From: Candidatus Magasanikbacteria bacterium RIFOXYD1_FULL_40_23
Lineage (GTDB): Bacteria; Patescibacteriota; Patescibacteriia; Magasanikbacterales; GWA2-37-8
NCBI GenBank assembly: GCA_001783215.1
Contig: MFRA01000005.1
Span: forward strand, 254,322 to 318,321
Direction of reading: 5' to 3'
Length of the DNA: 64,000 nt
A program made the position numbers and the translations under genes. Shown piece after piece: positions 34,018-43,792 of this stretch; position 1 is the stretch's first letter; every line of letters begins with the position of its first letter. Below the pieces are notes generated by a model. The model was not told the DNA's origin. It made no database searches and worked only from the letters and a program-made list of their open reading frames with translations.

Positions 34018-34413
34018 TTGGATGTCTTTATGCCCACTCAACATGAACAGAGGGTTTTAATTGTAGAAGATGATGCGTTGTTGGCCCAGGTCTTAGCCAG
34101 CTCTTTTAACGAGGTGAAGTTTGGTGTTTTAAATATATATAACGGCTTAGAGGTTCTGGATGCCGCCAAAAAGTTTGAACCCGCTGTTATTTTATTGGAT
34201 CTAATTTTGCCAGGTATAGACGGTTTTGAAGTCTTGAAACAGTTAAAAGCAGATGTGCAAACTAAAAATATTCCTGTGGTAATAATCTCCAACTTAACTG
34301 ATGCTGCCGATATAAAATCAGCTCTTGCGTTGGGGGCAGTTGAATATTTTATCAAGGCCAATACTCAGCTAGAAAAAATAGTAGATTTTGTTAAAAAGAT
34401 AATTAAGGATTAA
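34018..34413 (+). CDS. Single-domain response regulator (CheY-like receiver)
   Basis: RVLIVEDD...LLDLILPGIDGFEVLKQLK...PVVIISNL...GAVEYFIKA, with the phospho-acceptor Asp in LLDL. Confidence 0.8.
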   Translation: MDVFMPTQHEQRVLIVEDDALLAQVLASSFNEVKFGVLNIYNGLEVLDAAKKFEPAVILLDLILPGIDGFEVLKQLKADVQTKNIPVVIISNLTDAADIKSALALGAVEYFIKANTQLEKIVDFVKKIIKD

Positions 34414-34418
34414 ATAGT

Positions 34419-34814
34419 ATGTCCGCGCCTTCAAAGATGGTTTTACTAATTGTAGAGGACGATGAAGTGTTATTAAGAGCTTTGTATATTCTTTTTCACA
34501 AGAGTAAATATACTATAGCATCTGCTACCGACGGTGCTATGGCTGTACAAATGGCGCAAAGACTAAAGCCAAATTTAATTTTATTAGATTTATTACTTCC
34601 CAAAATAAATGGTTTTGAGGTGTTAAGAATTGTTAAATCAGATCCAGCACTCAAAGAAACGCCTGTTATTATATTATCAAATTTGGGTAGCGCCGAAGAT
34701 GTCGAAAGGGCCAAGGCGGGTGGTGCGATTGATTATTTTATCAAAGCCAATACCGATTTGTCCGTTTTAGAAAATAAAATCAAGCAAGTTTTAGAGATTA
34801 AAACTCAGTCATAG
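34419..34814 (+). CDS. Single-domain response regulator (CheY-like receiver)
   Basis: VLLIVEDD...LLDLLLPKINGFEVLRIVK...PVIILSNL...GAIDYFIKA. Confidence 0.8.
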   Translation: MSAPSKMVLLIVEDDEVLLRALYILFHKSKYTIASATDGAMAVQMAQRLKPNLILLDLLLPKINGFEVLRIVKSDPALKETPVIILSNLGSAEDVERAKAGGAIDYFIKANTDLSVLENKIKQVLEIKTQS

Positions 34815-34847
34815 AGCTTTTAATCTGTGGCGGCTAAATAGAATCAA

Positions 34848-35672
34848 ATGAGATCTGCATGGTTAAATCTGGTTTTATCTTTAACCAACCGCATCTATTC
34901 TCGCAAGCAAGAACTAATCCACAGCACAGGTGTAAAGGGGATGCGACATGTTTTTGTTTTGATTTCTTTAGAAATTATTTTAGCTTTTATTTCTACGCCG
35001 CTTTATTTGGGCATAAAATCCGCTTCCGTCTCCGCCTATTTTAGAGAAAAGGGCGGTTATGAAAAAATAAATTTTGATTATAATATTCGTCGAGTCCTAA
35101 CTCTTACAGGGGTGGGTATTTTTTTATTAATTTGGTTGTTCAAATTGGCGATAATTATTTTTGTGCCGCAAGCGTATGGGCCGTTGCCACTTTATCGTGT
35201 TGGCAATCTTGAACCTATAGATATGGTAGTAAGCGGTGATTTAGCTGCTACCAGCGTTGCTTTCCAAACTGCAAAAACATTGAGTTCTTTACCGTCACCC
35301 CAGTTAAAAGAAATTCGTAAAGTTGCCGGCGGTACCTATGTTTTTATTGGCAATAGTCAGCCTAGCATGGAGGTAGTTTTGTTATTATCAGAAAAAAATA
35401 CCATTGTTTATTCTGGTGCGGCAGATAAAAATGGCCGTTGGGAGATAAAACATTCGCAAAAAGATATCAGGCTTAGCGAGGGCAACCATTCGGTTTTAGT
35501 CTATAATTTTGATGCAAAATCCGGTGTGCGTAGTGTGGCTGCGGGAGAAAAGTTTTTCAAAATTACCAATACCTGGATTGATTCATTGGTTAAAGATGTG
35601 GATGTTTCGGCAAATTGGTCAGTGGTGTTAATTGTAATAGTTGGTATTTTGTTAACTTTTTTAACCCTTTAG
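34848..35672 (+). CDS. Hypothetical membrane protein (start possibly MRHVFVL, about 34940)
   Basis: Two N-terminal TM helices, an extracytoplasmic domain and a C-terminal TM (WSVVLIVIVGILLTFLTL). Confidence 0.45.
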   Translation: MRSAWLNLVLSLTNRIYSRKQELIHSTGVKGMRHVFVLISLEIILAFISTPLYLGIKSASVSAYFREKGGYEKINFDYNIRRVLTLTGVGIFLLIWLFKLAIIIFVPQAYGPLPLYRVGNLEPIDMVVSGDLAATSVAFQTAKTLSSLPSPQLKEIRKVAGGTYVFIGNSQPSMEVVLLLSEKNTIVYSGAADKNGRWEIKHSQKDIRLSEGNHSVLVYNFDAKSGVRSVAAGEKFFKITNTWIDSLVKDVDVSANWSVVLIVIVGILLTFLTL

Positions 35673-35723
35673 AGTTTGAAGAGGATTTGTTTTAGGGGCC
35701 AGGATTAATTTGTAAAAAGCCGT

Positions 35724-38700
35724 ATGGTAAAAAGTTTTTTAAATTTTTTCTTTCATTATTCAGGGGCTGTTTTTCGAATTAAGCGCCATATTTTGGAAGC
35801 GGACAAATGGTACAAATCAGTATTTTTTTCATTGATACTATTTTTTGTTGAATTTATTTTTGTAGTTATTTCTTTGCCTTTTTATTTTTTAATTTCTCCC
35901 AAAAATCTGCATGAGCGTGGATTTATATTTCCTTCATCCAAAGATGATTCAATGGCCTTTAAACATTTTGTTGCTAGGCGCAAGATAAGCGCAATTACCC
36001 TTATTAGCGTTTCGGCAGTTTGGGCGTTTAAAGTCTTTTTGTTGGGAGCAATTTCTTATATTTTTTTTGGAGCCGCGCAGATTTTTGCAGATACGCATAC
36101 GTGGGTATTTTCAAATCCTAGTAGTTATACTTATAATTCGTCTCTCGTAGAGGTGGCTGGGGGAGAGGCAAGACTAAAAGATATTGGTGGCACCACTATA
36201 GTTACTACTACTAACCCAGGATTTAATAGTAATGCCACTGGTTGGACTTATGCCGATTGGAATCAGAGTGGTGGAGAGGTAAATGTGGCTGGTACCCGTA
36301 TAACTACTGGTGGTAATCCTGGTGGATGGGTGAGAATTAATTTTCCTATTGGCAATGGCGATGAGTTGGGCGGATATTATCGTCAACCGTTTGTTATTAG
36401 CTTATCTAACCCGTCTACCACTGTTAGTTTTGATTGGCAGGTTTTGGCGCACGATTCTACGCCCGCGCCTGTTACTTTTAAGATGATGGTGTTTGTAGAT
36501 AGGGCAAGTAGCGTTCCTGTAATAGGTCAGGAAGTTTGGTCTTCTGGAGAAATTACTTCTACCAGCACTTGGCAATCAATTTCCAATTTGGATGTTTCGT
36601 CCAAAGTAACTAGCACGGGCACGTATTATCTAAAAGTAGCTGTTTGGCTAGAAACACCTGGTTCAAACACGGGTCCGTTTACTATTGGTTATGATAATAT
36701 TTTGTTAACCTCTGCCAGTACATCCCATGTATTTTCTTCGTCATTACCATCTATTGCGCCAAACACATCTCTTTCTGATACAAAAATTGTAAGTTGGAAT
36801 TCGTTTAGTGAAACCGCCATAAAAAATGGCGGGCAAATTTATTATCAATTATCCGATGATGATGGTGTTAGTTGGAAATATTGGAATGGTTCGTCTTGGG
36901 CAGCGGCTGCCACAACCACTAATTCCAACACTTCTTCTGTTATAAATGCTCATATTTCATCTTTCACCACCAGTACAAATCAAATAAAATGGAAAGGATT
37001 TTTATCGAGTGACGGAACTCAGCAGGTAAGTTTGAGCGCCATTAATATTGATTACACATCAAACAACCGTCCTGCTGTTCCAAGCATATCTGCCAGCCAA
37101 CAAACAAGCGATGGGTTGGTTAATGTAAATTATATTTTGCAAGATGCAGAAAGCGATCTGTCTAGTTTGTCTGCTTATGAATATTCATTTGATTTGGAAA
37201 ATTGGTTTGTAATGACAGCTGCAGTTTCAGATCCGGAGCATAGTGGAATTAATAATTTACTGTCTTCGCCTGTTGGGGTAGCACATACTTTTGTTTGGAA
37301 TGCATTGGCAGATTTGGGCAGTACATATAATAGTTCAGTTTATGTTCGCTTGCGTGCTAATGATGGCATAGCCGATGGCCCCTACGCCACCTCTACTATT
37401 TTTGCTGTAGATTATGTAGTCCCAACAGTTTCTAATTTATCTGCCGCACAAGATTTGGGTAGTGCTAGCGTGCGTTTTGTTTATGACCTATTTGATAATA
37501 CAAGCAGTGATTTATTTGTGGAATTGTTAATTTCCGATGATGGTGGCAGTACTTGGAATGTGGCTTCCAGTTCAGTGTCGGGCGATGTTGGCGCAGGGTT
37601 ATCTTCTGGCACAAACAAAACTATTACATGGCAGGCCGTCGCCGATTTTGTAAATCAGGAGCAAGACGATATGCAGGTACGCATACGCGCTCGTGATAAG
37701 TTTTCCAATCAAGGTAATTTTGTTACTTCAATCAATTTTTTGGTAGACACGCAAGTGCCAACGGTAAATACAACCACCAATTTGTTGGCTCAGCCAAATG
37801 CAGGGGATAGCTCGGTTTTAGTTGGGGGTTCTTTTCATGAATCAAATCCTGGGACCAGTAGTTTTTTTGTGGCTATAAATGGCGGTGATTATGGCGCTGT
37901 TACTTATGGTGAAGGGTACACAGCCTCGCCTTCTCCACAGCTTGTTAGCATGGGTGCGCCACTTACTGGTGCAGATTATATTTCCAAAGTATCTTTGTCT
38001 TTAGAAGATAAGTATGGTCATACCGGGCAAAACGAAAATACTTCTCCAGAAAGTTCTTATAAATATGTAAAGCCTTATACTCCACCAGCACCCGCTATAA
38101 GCAATCCGCAATCCAGTACTTTGGATTTAGTAATAAGTAAGCATGCAGACGAAATTGACGGTCTGGAGTATGCAATTTTTGAAGGTTCACAATCAAAATA
38201 TATACAAGACGACGGAACTTTAGGTGATAGCCCTGTTTGGAAATCTTTGGGAACTGGTGTTGGGCAGTGGGGCGAAGGTGGCGAAGCAGGCAAGGTGATT
38301 ATACAAAATTTGAGTCAACCAATTTCTGCATATGTATTCCAAATAAAATCTAGAAATATTAGTGATTCGTTTCATGCGGCTAGCAGCGAGAGTGGTTTGT
38401 CTGGTGGTGCTTCTTTATCTTATATTTCCCCATCTATTAACATATCAATCAGTTCTTTGGCGCAAACTGCGGATGGTACAAAGTATGTGCCAATTAGTTA
38501 TTCCGGTGCGGATGCGCAAAGCAATTTAAATAGTTTGGTGGTTTACGAATACTCTACAGACAATACGACGTGGCAGACGATGACAGAGAAAACAGGTGTA
38601 GGATCGGATGGAAAAAATAATTTAGTTTTTGCTCCGGCTGGCACCGAACATATGTTTGCTTGGGATGTGGGGGCTGATTTATCTGGTGTAGAATTTTCTA

Positions 38701-40742
38701 CGGTTCGTGTTCGTCTGCAATCTTATGATGGTGTTGGAAATAGTAATTTATCTGTTTCTTCAGTTTTTGAAATCGATACTGCCGGTCCGGTAATATCTGG
38801 CATACAAGCCGCTCAATCTGTGGGCAGCAGTACTGTAAATGTAAGCTATGATTTATCCGACGGGGCCGGCATAAACAATGTCGTAGAGTTTTTGATTTCT
38901 AGCAATGCTGGCGTTGACTATTTGGTGCCTACTACGACTGTGGTTGGAGATGTTGGGGCAGGAATAAGTTCCGGTGTAAACAAAAATATTGTTTGGAACG
39001 CTGGCGTGGATTTTGCAAATCAAACTTCAGCGGCTATGCGTGTAAAAATTATGGCCACAGATCGTTATGGTAATGTTGGGAGCTTTACCGAATCGTCCAA
39101 TTTTAATTTAGACACCAGTAAGCCTGTCTTGGTGGTAACTGGTGCGGCGCAGGTTGTCGGTACAGATTTAATGGCAGTAAGTTATAATTTGTCAGATGTA
39201 AGTTCCACTATCACGTTGTGGATATCTGCAGATGGTGGCTCCACTTGGTTTATTCCGACCAGTTCTGTGAGCGGGGATATTGGTTTTGTATCTTCGGCTG
39301 GCGATAAAACTCTTGTGTGGAATATGGCAACCGATTTTATTGATCAAGAAACAAATAGCGCCGTAGTACGCATCATGGCCACAGATTATTTTGGAAATAT
39401 TAGTGACTATGCATCTTCGTCTATTTTTTCTTTGGATACCAAAGCGCCAATAATTAGCACTGTAAGCGCTGCACAGATTGCGGGCACATCTAACGTTTCT
39501 ATAAATTACGATTTTTCTGATCTCTCTTCTTTGTCTAATGTTTATATAGAAATTTCATCTGACGGCGGTTTATCTTGGAGTGTGGCTACATCTACTTTGG
39601 CTGGTGATGTTGGTGTGGGCGTGTCTACGGGAAGTGGTAAACAAGTATCTTGGAATGCTGGCGTTGATTTGCCAAACAGAGAGGTGCAAAACGCCAGAGT
39701 TCGTATTATGGCCACAGATAATCAAGGCAATAGCAGCGCTAAATTTATTTCTAATGATTTTGTTGTAAATACAATTATTTCATCAGCAGCAGAAACTCCT
39801 GCTGTGAGCGGTGGCGGTGTGGCTATTCCTATAACCACAGTTCCTGAAACAGAAGATACAGTTGCCCCAGGCGCTCCGATTGTTTTTAGTCCGGACGATA
39901 ATAGTAATATTAGTGAAACAGCCCTTGTTTTAATTGGTGGTACCGAGCCCCTGGCAGTTGTAGAGTTAATTTTAAATGAAGAAGAAACGTTTAACGCTTA
40001 TGCTGATAATAATGGTACTTGGCGTTTTGTATTACCGTCTGCGGTTATATTAAAAGAAGGTGCTAATGTTTTCCAAATTAATGCTAAGGATGAGGCGGGG
40101 AATGTTAGCGCTTCACTATTTTTTAGATTAAACAAAGCGGTTCTTACAGCTGCTGGTATCGTTCCTATTTTCACCACAAGTCCTATTGTTACAGCCCCCA
40201 TCATAACAACTCCAGCTCCAGTCATTATTCCAACCAGGCCAGTGGCACCTACTCCCGCCACCGCTCCAGTTATTGCTGAGGTAAATAGAGCGGTTGAAGT
40301 GCTAAGTATTCCTGCGCCAGAGGTGGATTTAGTTGTATCGCCAGTTCAAGAGAACTTGTCTACCAACGATATTATAAGATTTAGCGGTATAGCTTTGCCA
40401 AACCAAGAATTAATTGTGTATGTGCATAGTGAACAGGCCTTAATTTATAGAGCAAAAGCCAACAATCAAGGTGTGTGGTCTGTAGACCATTCACAAAAAT
40501 CTTTCGAACTTGCACCTGGCGTTCACACAGTATATGCAGTCGGGCTTAATAACGGGTATAATATAAAAAGTAGACCAGGTTTGGTAAAAACTTTCACAGT
40601 CAGTAAAAATTATTGGGTGGCAGCTTTTAATTATTTAAATTTACAGACAACGATAATAGCCACGGCGGTTTTAATTTTTGCTATGGGTTGGTTATATATA
40701 TTACGAAAAAGAGAGCAAGGTTATTTTACAAAAAATTTATGA
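35724..40742 (+). CDS. Giant (1672 aa) cell-surface protein with at least 6 tandem ~110-aa repeats bearing BNR/Asp-box-like motifs (SxDGGSTW), a Pro/Thr-rich linker, Ig-like C-terminal domains and a C-terminal TM anchor
   Basis: N-terminal TM helices. Repeats with ISDDGGSTWNV, ISADGGSTWFI, ISSDGGLSWSV and the VSGDVGAGxSSGxNKxIxWxAxxDFxNQ consensus. PAPVIIPTRPVAPTPATAP linker. C-terminal IIATAVLIFAMGWLYILRKRE. Confidence 0.8.
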   Translation: MVKSFLNFFFHYSGAVFRIKRHILEADKWYKSVFFSLILFFVEFIFVVISLPFYFLISPKNLHERGFIFPSSKDDSMAFKHFVARRKISAITLISVSAVWAFKVFLLGAISYIFFGAAQIFADTHTWVFSNPSSYTYNSSLVEVAGGEARLKDIGGTTIVTTTNPGFNSNATGWTYADWNQSGGEVNVAGTRITTGGNPGGWVRINFPIGNGDELGGYYRQPFVISLSNPSTTVSFDWQVLAHDSTPAPVTFKMMVFVDRASSVPVIGQEVWSSGEITSTSTWQSISNLDVSSKVTSTGTYYLKVAVWLETPGSNTGPFTIGYDNILLTSASTSHVFSSSLPSIAPNTSLSDTKIVSWNSFSETAIKNGGQIYYQLSDDDGVSWKYWNGSSWAAAATTTNSNTSSVINAHISSFTTSTNQIKWKGFLSSDGTQQVSLSAINIDYTSNNRPAVPSISASQQTSDGLVNVNYILQDAESDLSSLSAYEYSFDLENWFVMTAAVSDPEHSGINNLLSSPVGVAHTFVWNALADLGSTYNSSVYVRLRANDGIADGPYATSTIFAVDYVVPTVSNLSAAQDLGSASVRFVYDLFDNTSSDLFVELLISDDGGSTWNVASSSVSGDVGAGLSSGTNKTITWQAVADFVNQEQDDMQVRIRARDKFSNQGNFVTSINFLVDTQVPTVNTTTNLLAQPNAGDSSVLVGGSFHESNPGTSSFFVAINGGDYGAVTYGEGYTASPSPQLVSMGAPLTGADYISKVSLSLEDKYGHTGQNENTSPESSYKYVKPYTPPAPAISNPQSSTLDLVISKHADEIDGLEYAIFEGSQSKYIQDDGTLGDSPVWKSLGTGVGQWGEGGEAGKVIIQNLSQPISAYVFQIKSRNISDSFHAASSESGLSGGASLSYISPSINISISSLAQTADGTKYVPISYSGADAQSNLNSLVVYEYSTDNTTWQTMTEKTGVGSDGKNNLVFAPAGTEHMFAWDVGADLSGVEFSTVRVRLQSYDGVGNSNLSVSSVFEIDTAGPVISGIQAAQSVGSSTVNVSYDLSDGAGINNVVEFLISSNAGVDYLVPTTTVVGDVGAGISSGVNKNIVWNAGVDFANQTSAAMRVKIMATDRYGNVGSFTESSNFNLDTSKPVLVVTGAAQVVGTDLMAVSYNLSDVSSTITLWISADGGSTWFIPTSSVSGDIGFVSSAGDKTLVWNMATDFIDQETNSAVVRIMATDYFGNISDYASSSIFSLDTKAPIISTVSAAQIAGTSNVSINYDFSDLSSLSNVYIEISSDGGLSWSVATSTLAGDVGVGVSTGSGKQVSWNAGVDLPNREVQNARVRIMATDNQGNSSAKFISNDFVVNTIISSAAETPAVSGGGVAIPITTVPETEDTVAPGAPIVFSPDDNSNISETALVLIGGTEPLAVVELILNEEETFNAYADNNGTWRFVLPSAVILKEGANVFQINAKDEAGNVSASLFFRLNKAVLTAAGIVPIFTTSPIVTAPIITTPAPVIIPTRPVAPTPATAPVIAEVNRAVEVLSIPAPEVDLVVSPVQENLSTNDIIRFSGIALPNQELIVYVHSEQALIYRAKANNQGVWSVDHSQKSFELAPGVHTVYAVGLNNGYNIKSRPGLVKTFTVSKNYWVAAFNYLNLQTTIIATAVLIFAMGWLYILRKREQGYFTKNL

Positions 40743-43153
40743 AGCAGAGTGATTTACCCCCTAATCAAACGAAAAACAATTTAGCTGTCGCAGCTAAAAA
40801 CTTTTCGGAAGTTTCGGCAACGGCTGTCTTTTTAGTGGGTATTTTGGTTTTAATTGGGTGGCAGTTTGATATTGGATTTTTAAAGAGTGTGCATAGCGGC
40901 TTTGTTACAATGAAGCCAAACACAGCTTTAGGGGTTGTATTTTTGGGTTTATCTTTGTGGTTGTTGCAAGAAAAACGAATGCGTAGCTGGTTAAAGTATT
41001 TGGGCTGGGGCTCTGCGCTTTTTGTATTATTTATAGGCCTTACTGCAGTGCTGGAGCATATAACCGGGATAAATTTAGGTGTTGATATGCTTTTATTTCG
41101 AGAGTCTAGCCCAGCACCTTTTACTACTTTTCCGGGTCGAATGGCTTTAAATACCGCATTTTGCTTTGTTTTTTTTGGGATTTCTCTTTTGTACTTAAAT
41201 ATAAAAACAAAAAACGGGCTGCACCTGTCGGTAATCCCGGCTGTTTTTAGTGGTTTGGTAGCCTTGGTGGTTATAGTAGGTTATTTTTATGATATATCTC
41301 AATTTTATTTTGGAGCAAAGTTTGATACGCTTATGGCTTTGCATACAGCCCTTGCGTTTTTTATCGCTAGTTTGGGGGTTTTGTTTGCTCGTCCAGAAGG
41401 CAACCTAACCAGGGTTTTTATAGGTGCTAATTTATCGGGTGTTACTATTCGTCGTCTATTTCCGCTGGCCTTTTTGGTGCCGTTGCTTTTTATTTGGTTA
41501 GAACAAGTTGGAAATCGGTATCATTTATATGGCCATGATTTTGGGATGTCCATCACTGCTGCTGCCAGCATCGTGGTGCTCGCCACGCTTATTTGGGTGC
41601 ACGCTGTTTTGATGGAAAAGAAAGAAGACGCTCGTTTAAAAGCAGTCAAGGAGTTGGTTATAGCTACAGAAGAAGCAAGGCGGCTTTCATTTTTAGTTGA
41701 AAACACAATTGAGGCTGTCGCAATAGTTGATTTAGAAGATCATAACGCTTTGCGCTATGTTAACAGCGCTTGGGAAAAAATGTTTGGCTATAAGAAAAAT
41801 GAAGTAGAAAACAAAAGAGAGCCCTTAATTATTGATGCTATCAAGAAAAATCCTGCGTTGTATAAAAAGTTTAAAGCTTCCATAGCGGCGCATGTTCCGT
41901 TTTATGCGGAAATGGAATGGGAAAGAAAAGATGGAAAGTTGGTACCTGTAGAAGTGTTTACCACTCCCACTCAAGATCCAAATACCGGGAAGTATATTTG
42001 GTTTAATACTATCCGCGATATAAGTGAACGCAAACAAGCACAAGGTAAGCTTCTGAAAGAGAAAAGGGTGTCTGAATTATTAGCTAAGGATTTAAAAAAG
42101 TTTCAATTAGCAGTAGATTCTTCTTCGGACCATATTATGATTACCGATGCCGAAGGGAAAATTTTATATGGAAATAAGGCGATAGAGTCTATTACGGGTT
42201 ATGCTATCAGTGAAATTATAGGGAAAACCGTTGGTCAAGTTTGGGGTGGGCATATGCCCAAAGAGTTTTATGTTAAATTATGGCATAAAATAAAAACAGA
42301 AAAAAAGATGTTTGTAGGAGAGCTAACTAATTACAGAAAGGATGGCACGCCATACACGGCCGAGGTACGAATAAGTCCTATTTTGTTTGATGACGGTGAA
42401 GTTAATTTTTTTGTTGGTGTCGAGCGAGACATTACCAGGATGAAAGAAGTAGACAAAATGAAATCGGAGTTTGTTTCTCTAACCTCTCATCAGCTCAGCA
42501 CTCCGCTTACAGCTATAAAATGGTATGTTGAAATTTTGTTAAAAAAGAAGCATGGATCCGAAGATAAGAAAAATCTGAAACAGATATATGCTAGCAACGA
42601 ACGAATGATCAGATTGATTAGTGATTTGTTAGATGTGTCTAGAATTGAGTCTGGAAACAAGTTTGCTATTATTTTAAAACCTAAAAACATCGCTTCTTTA
42701 ATAAAAGAGATTGTAGATACGTCTTTAATTTCTATAAAGACTAAGCATCGTCAGGGAGTAATAAAATTAGAAGATAAATTTCCTGAAGTTTTGAAATTAG
42801 AAATTGATGAAAATAAAATACGCCAGGTTTTTCAAAATCTCATTGATAATGCTATAAATTACTCTGTGGATAGAATTAAAATATCTGTTGGATGCAAAGA
42901 AGAAGGTGGCCAGATTGTTTTTCATGTTAAGGATACAGGTATTGGCATACCCAAAGTACAACAGGGTCGTGTTTTTGAGAAATTCTTTCGTGCCGACAAT
43001 ACAGCTTTGCTCAAATCTCAGGGCACTGGTTTGGGGTTGTACCTGTCCAAAGCTATTGTAGAGGGGCATGGAGGAAAAATACGGTTTGAATCCGAAGAGG
43101 GTGCGGGAACTACCTTCTACTTTTCTTTGCCGTTAAATCGTGGTAAGCTGTAG
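40739..43153 (+). CDS. Sensor histidine kinase (multi-TM N-terminal sensor, two PAS domains, HisKA, HATPase_c). Start taken at the ATG overlapping the upstream stop (ATGA).
   Basis: About 8 TM helices in the first 330 aa. PAS-like EAVAIVDLEDHNALRYVNSAWEKMFGY and DHIMITDAEGKILYGNKAIESITGY. H-box LTSHQLSTPLTAIKWYVEIL. N/G-boxes VFQNLIDNAINYS...GTGLGLYLSKAIVEGHGGKI. Confidence 0.85.
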   Translation: MKQSDLPPNQTKNNLAVAAKNFSEVSATAVFLVGILVLIGWQFDIGFLKSVHSGFVTMKPNTALGVVFLGLSLWLLQEKRMRSWLKYLGWGSALFVLFIGLTAVLEHITGINLGVDMLLFRESSPAPFTTFPGRMALNTAFCFVFFGISLLYLNIKTKNGLHLSVIPAVFSGLVALVVIVGYFYDISQFYFGAKFDTLMALHTALAFFIASLGVLFARPEGNLTRVFIGANLSGVTIRRLFPLAFLVPLLFIWLEQVGNRYHLYGHDFGMSITAAASIVVLATLIWVHAVLMEKKEDARLKAVKELVIATEEARRLSFLVENTIEAVAIVDLEDHNALRYVNSAWEKMFGYKKNEVENKREPLIIDAIKKNPALYKKFKASIAAHVPFYAEMEWERKDGKLVPVEVFTTPTQDPNTGKYIWFNTIRDISERKQAQGKLLKEKRVSELLAKDLKKFQLAVDSSSDHIMITDAEGKILYGNKAIESITGYAISEIIGKTVGQVWGGHMPKEFYVKLWHKIKTEKKMFVGELTNYRKDGTPYTAEVRISPILFDDGEVNFFVGVERDITRMKEVDKMKSEFVSLTSHQLSTPLTAIKWYVEILLKKKHGSEDKKNLKQIYASNERMIRLISDLLDVSRIESGNKFAIILKPKNIASLIKEIVDTSLISIKTKHRQGVIKLEDKFPEVLKLEIDENKIRQVFQNLIDNAINYSVDRIKISVGCKEEGGQIVFHVKDTGIGIPKVQQGRVFEKFFRADNTALLKSQGTGLGLYLSKAIVEGHGGKIRFESEEGAGTTFYFSLPLNRGKL

Positions 43154-43189
43154 GGTAATAAAGGCGGGGTTTAATTTAGTAAGAATATC

Positions 43190-43416
43190 TATAGGGGCTA
43201 AAGCCCGCGGCGCGCTCACTCATTTCGATTATATGGGCTAAAGCCACATATATACTCATTCGCTCATAAATAATTTCATTAGAAAATAATTGAGCAAGCT
43301 CATTATTTTCTCACTCATTATTTAACTCACTCACTTCGTATATATAGTTAAACATATATTTTCACTCACTCGGAAATAAATAAGCAAGCTCATTTATTTC
43401 CTCATTCATTTCAAAT
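43190..43416 (+). repeat. Family-C leader module, copy 3 (tandem, with an extra truncated head), ending at the start codon of the 43417 response regulator
   Basis: ataggggctaaagcc-cgcggcgcg-ctcactcatttcg, then tatatgggctaaagccacatatatactcattcgctca ... palindrome ggaaataaat-aagcaagctc-atttatttcc + tcattcatttcaaat + ATG. Numerous TCACTCA/TCATTCA reiterations. Confidence 0.75.
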
Positions 43417-43788
43417 ATGAAAAAAATTCTTATAGTAGAGGACGAATTGGCGTTATTGTATGCTTTAGCATCTCAGTTTGATAAAAAAGAATTTAAAGTT
43501 CTTCAGGCTGTGGATGGCGAAGAAGGCTTAAAAACTGCCCTAAAGTCACATCCGGATTTAATTTTATTGGACTTGCTTATGCCGAAAATGGATGGCATGT
43601 CTATGTTAAAAGAATTGCGCAAGGATTCTTGGGGTAAGGGTGTAAAAGTAATAATTTTAACCAACCTAAGTGATGCAGAAAAAATTGATGAAGCGTTAAA
43701 GCAGGGGACATATGATTATTTAGTAAAAAAAGATTGGAACATTTCCGAAGTAATTGAAAAAGTGAAAGCTAGTCTGGGTATGAAATAG
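43417..43788 (+). CDS. Single-domain response regulator (CheY-like receiver)
   Basis: KILIVEDE...LLDLLMPKMDGMSMLKELR...KVIILTNL...YDYLVKK. Confidence 0.85.
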   Translation: MKKILIVEDELALLYALASQFDKKEFKVLQAVDGEEGLKTALKSHPDLILLDLLMPKMDGMSMLKELRKDSWGKGVKVIILTNLSDAEKIDEALKQGTYDYLVKKDWNISEVIEKVKASLGMK

Positions 43789-43792
43789 TGGT

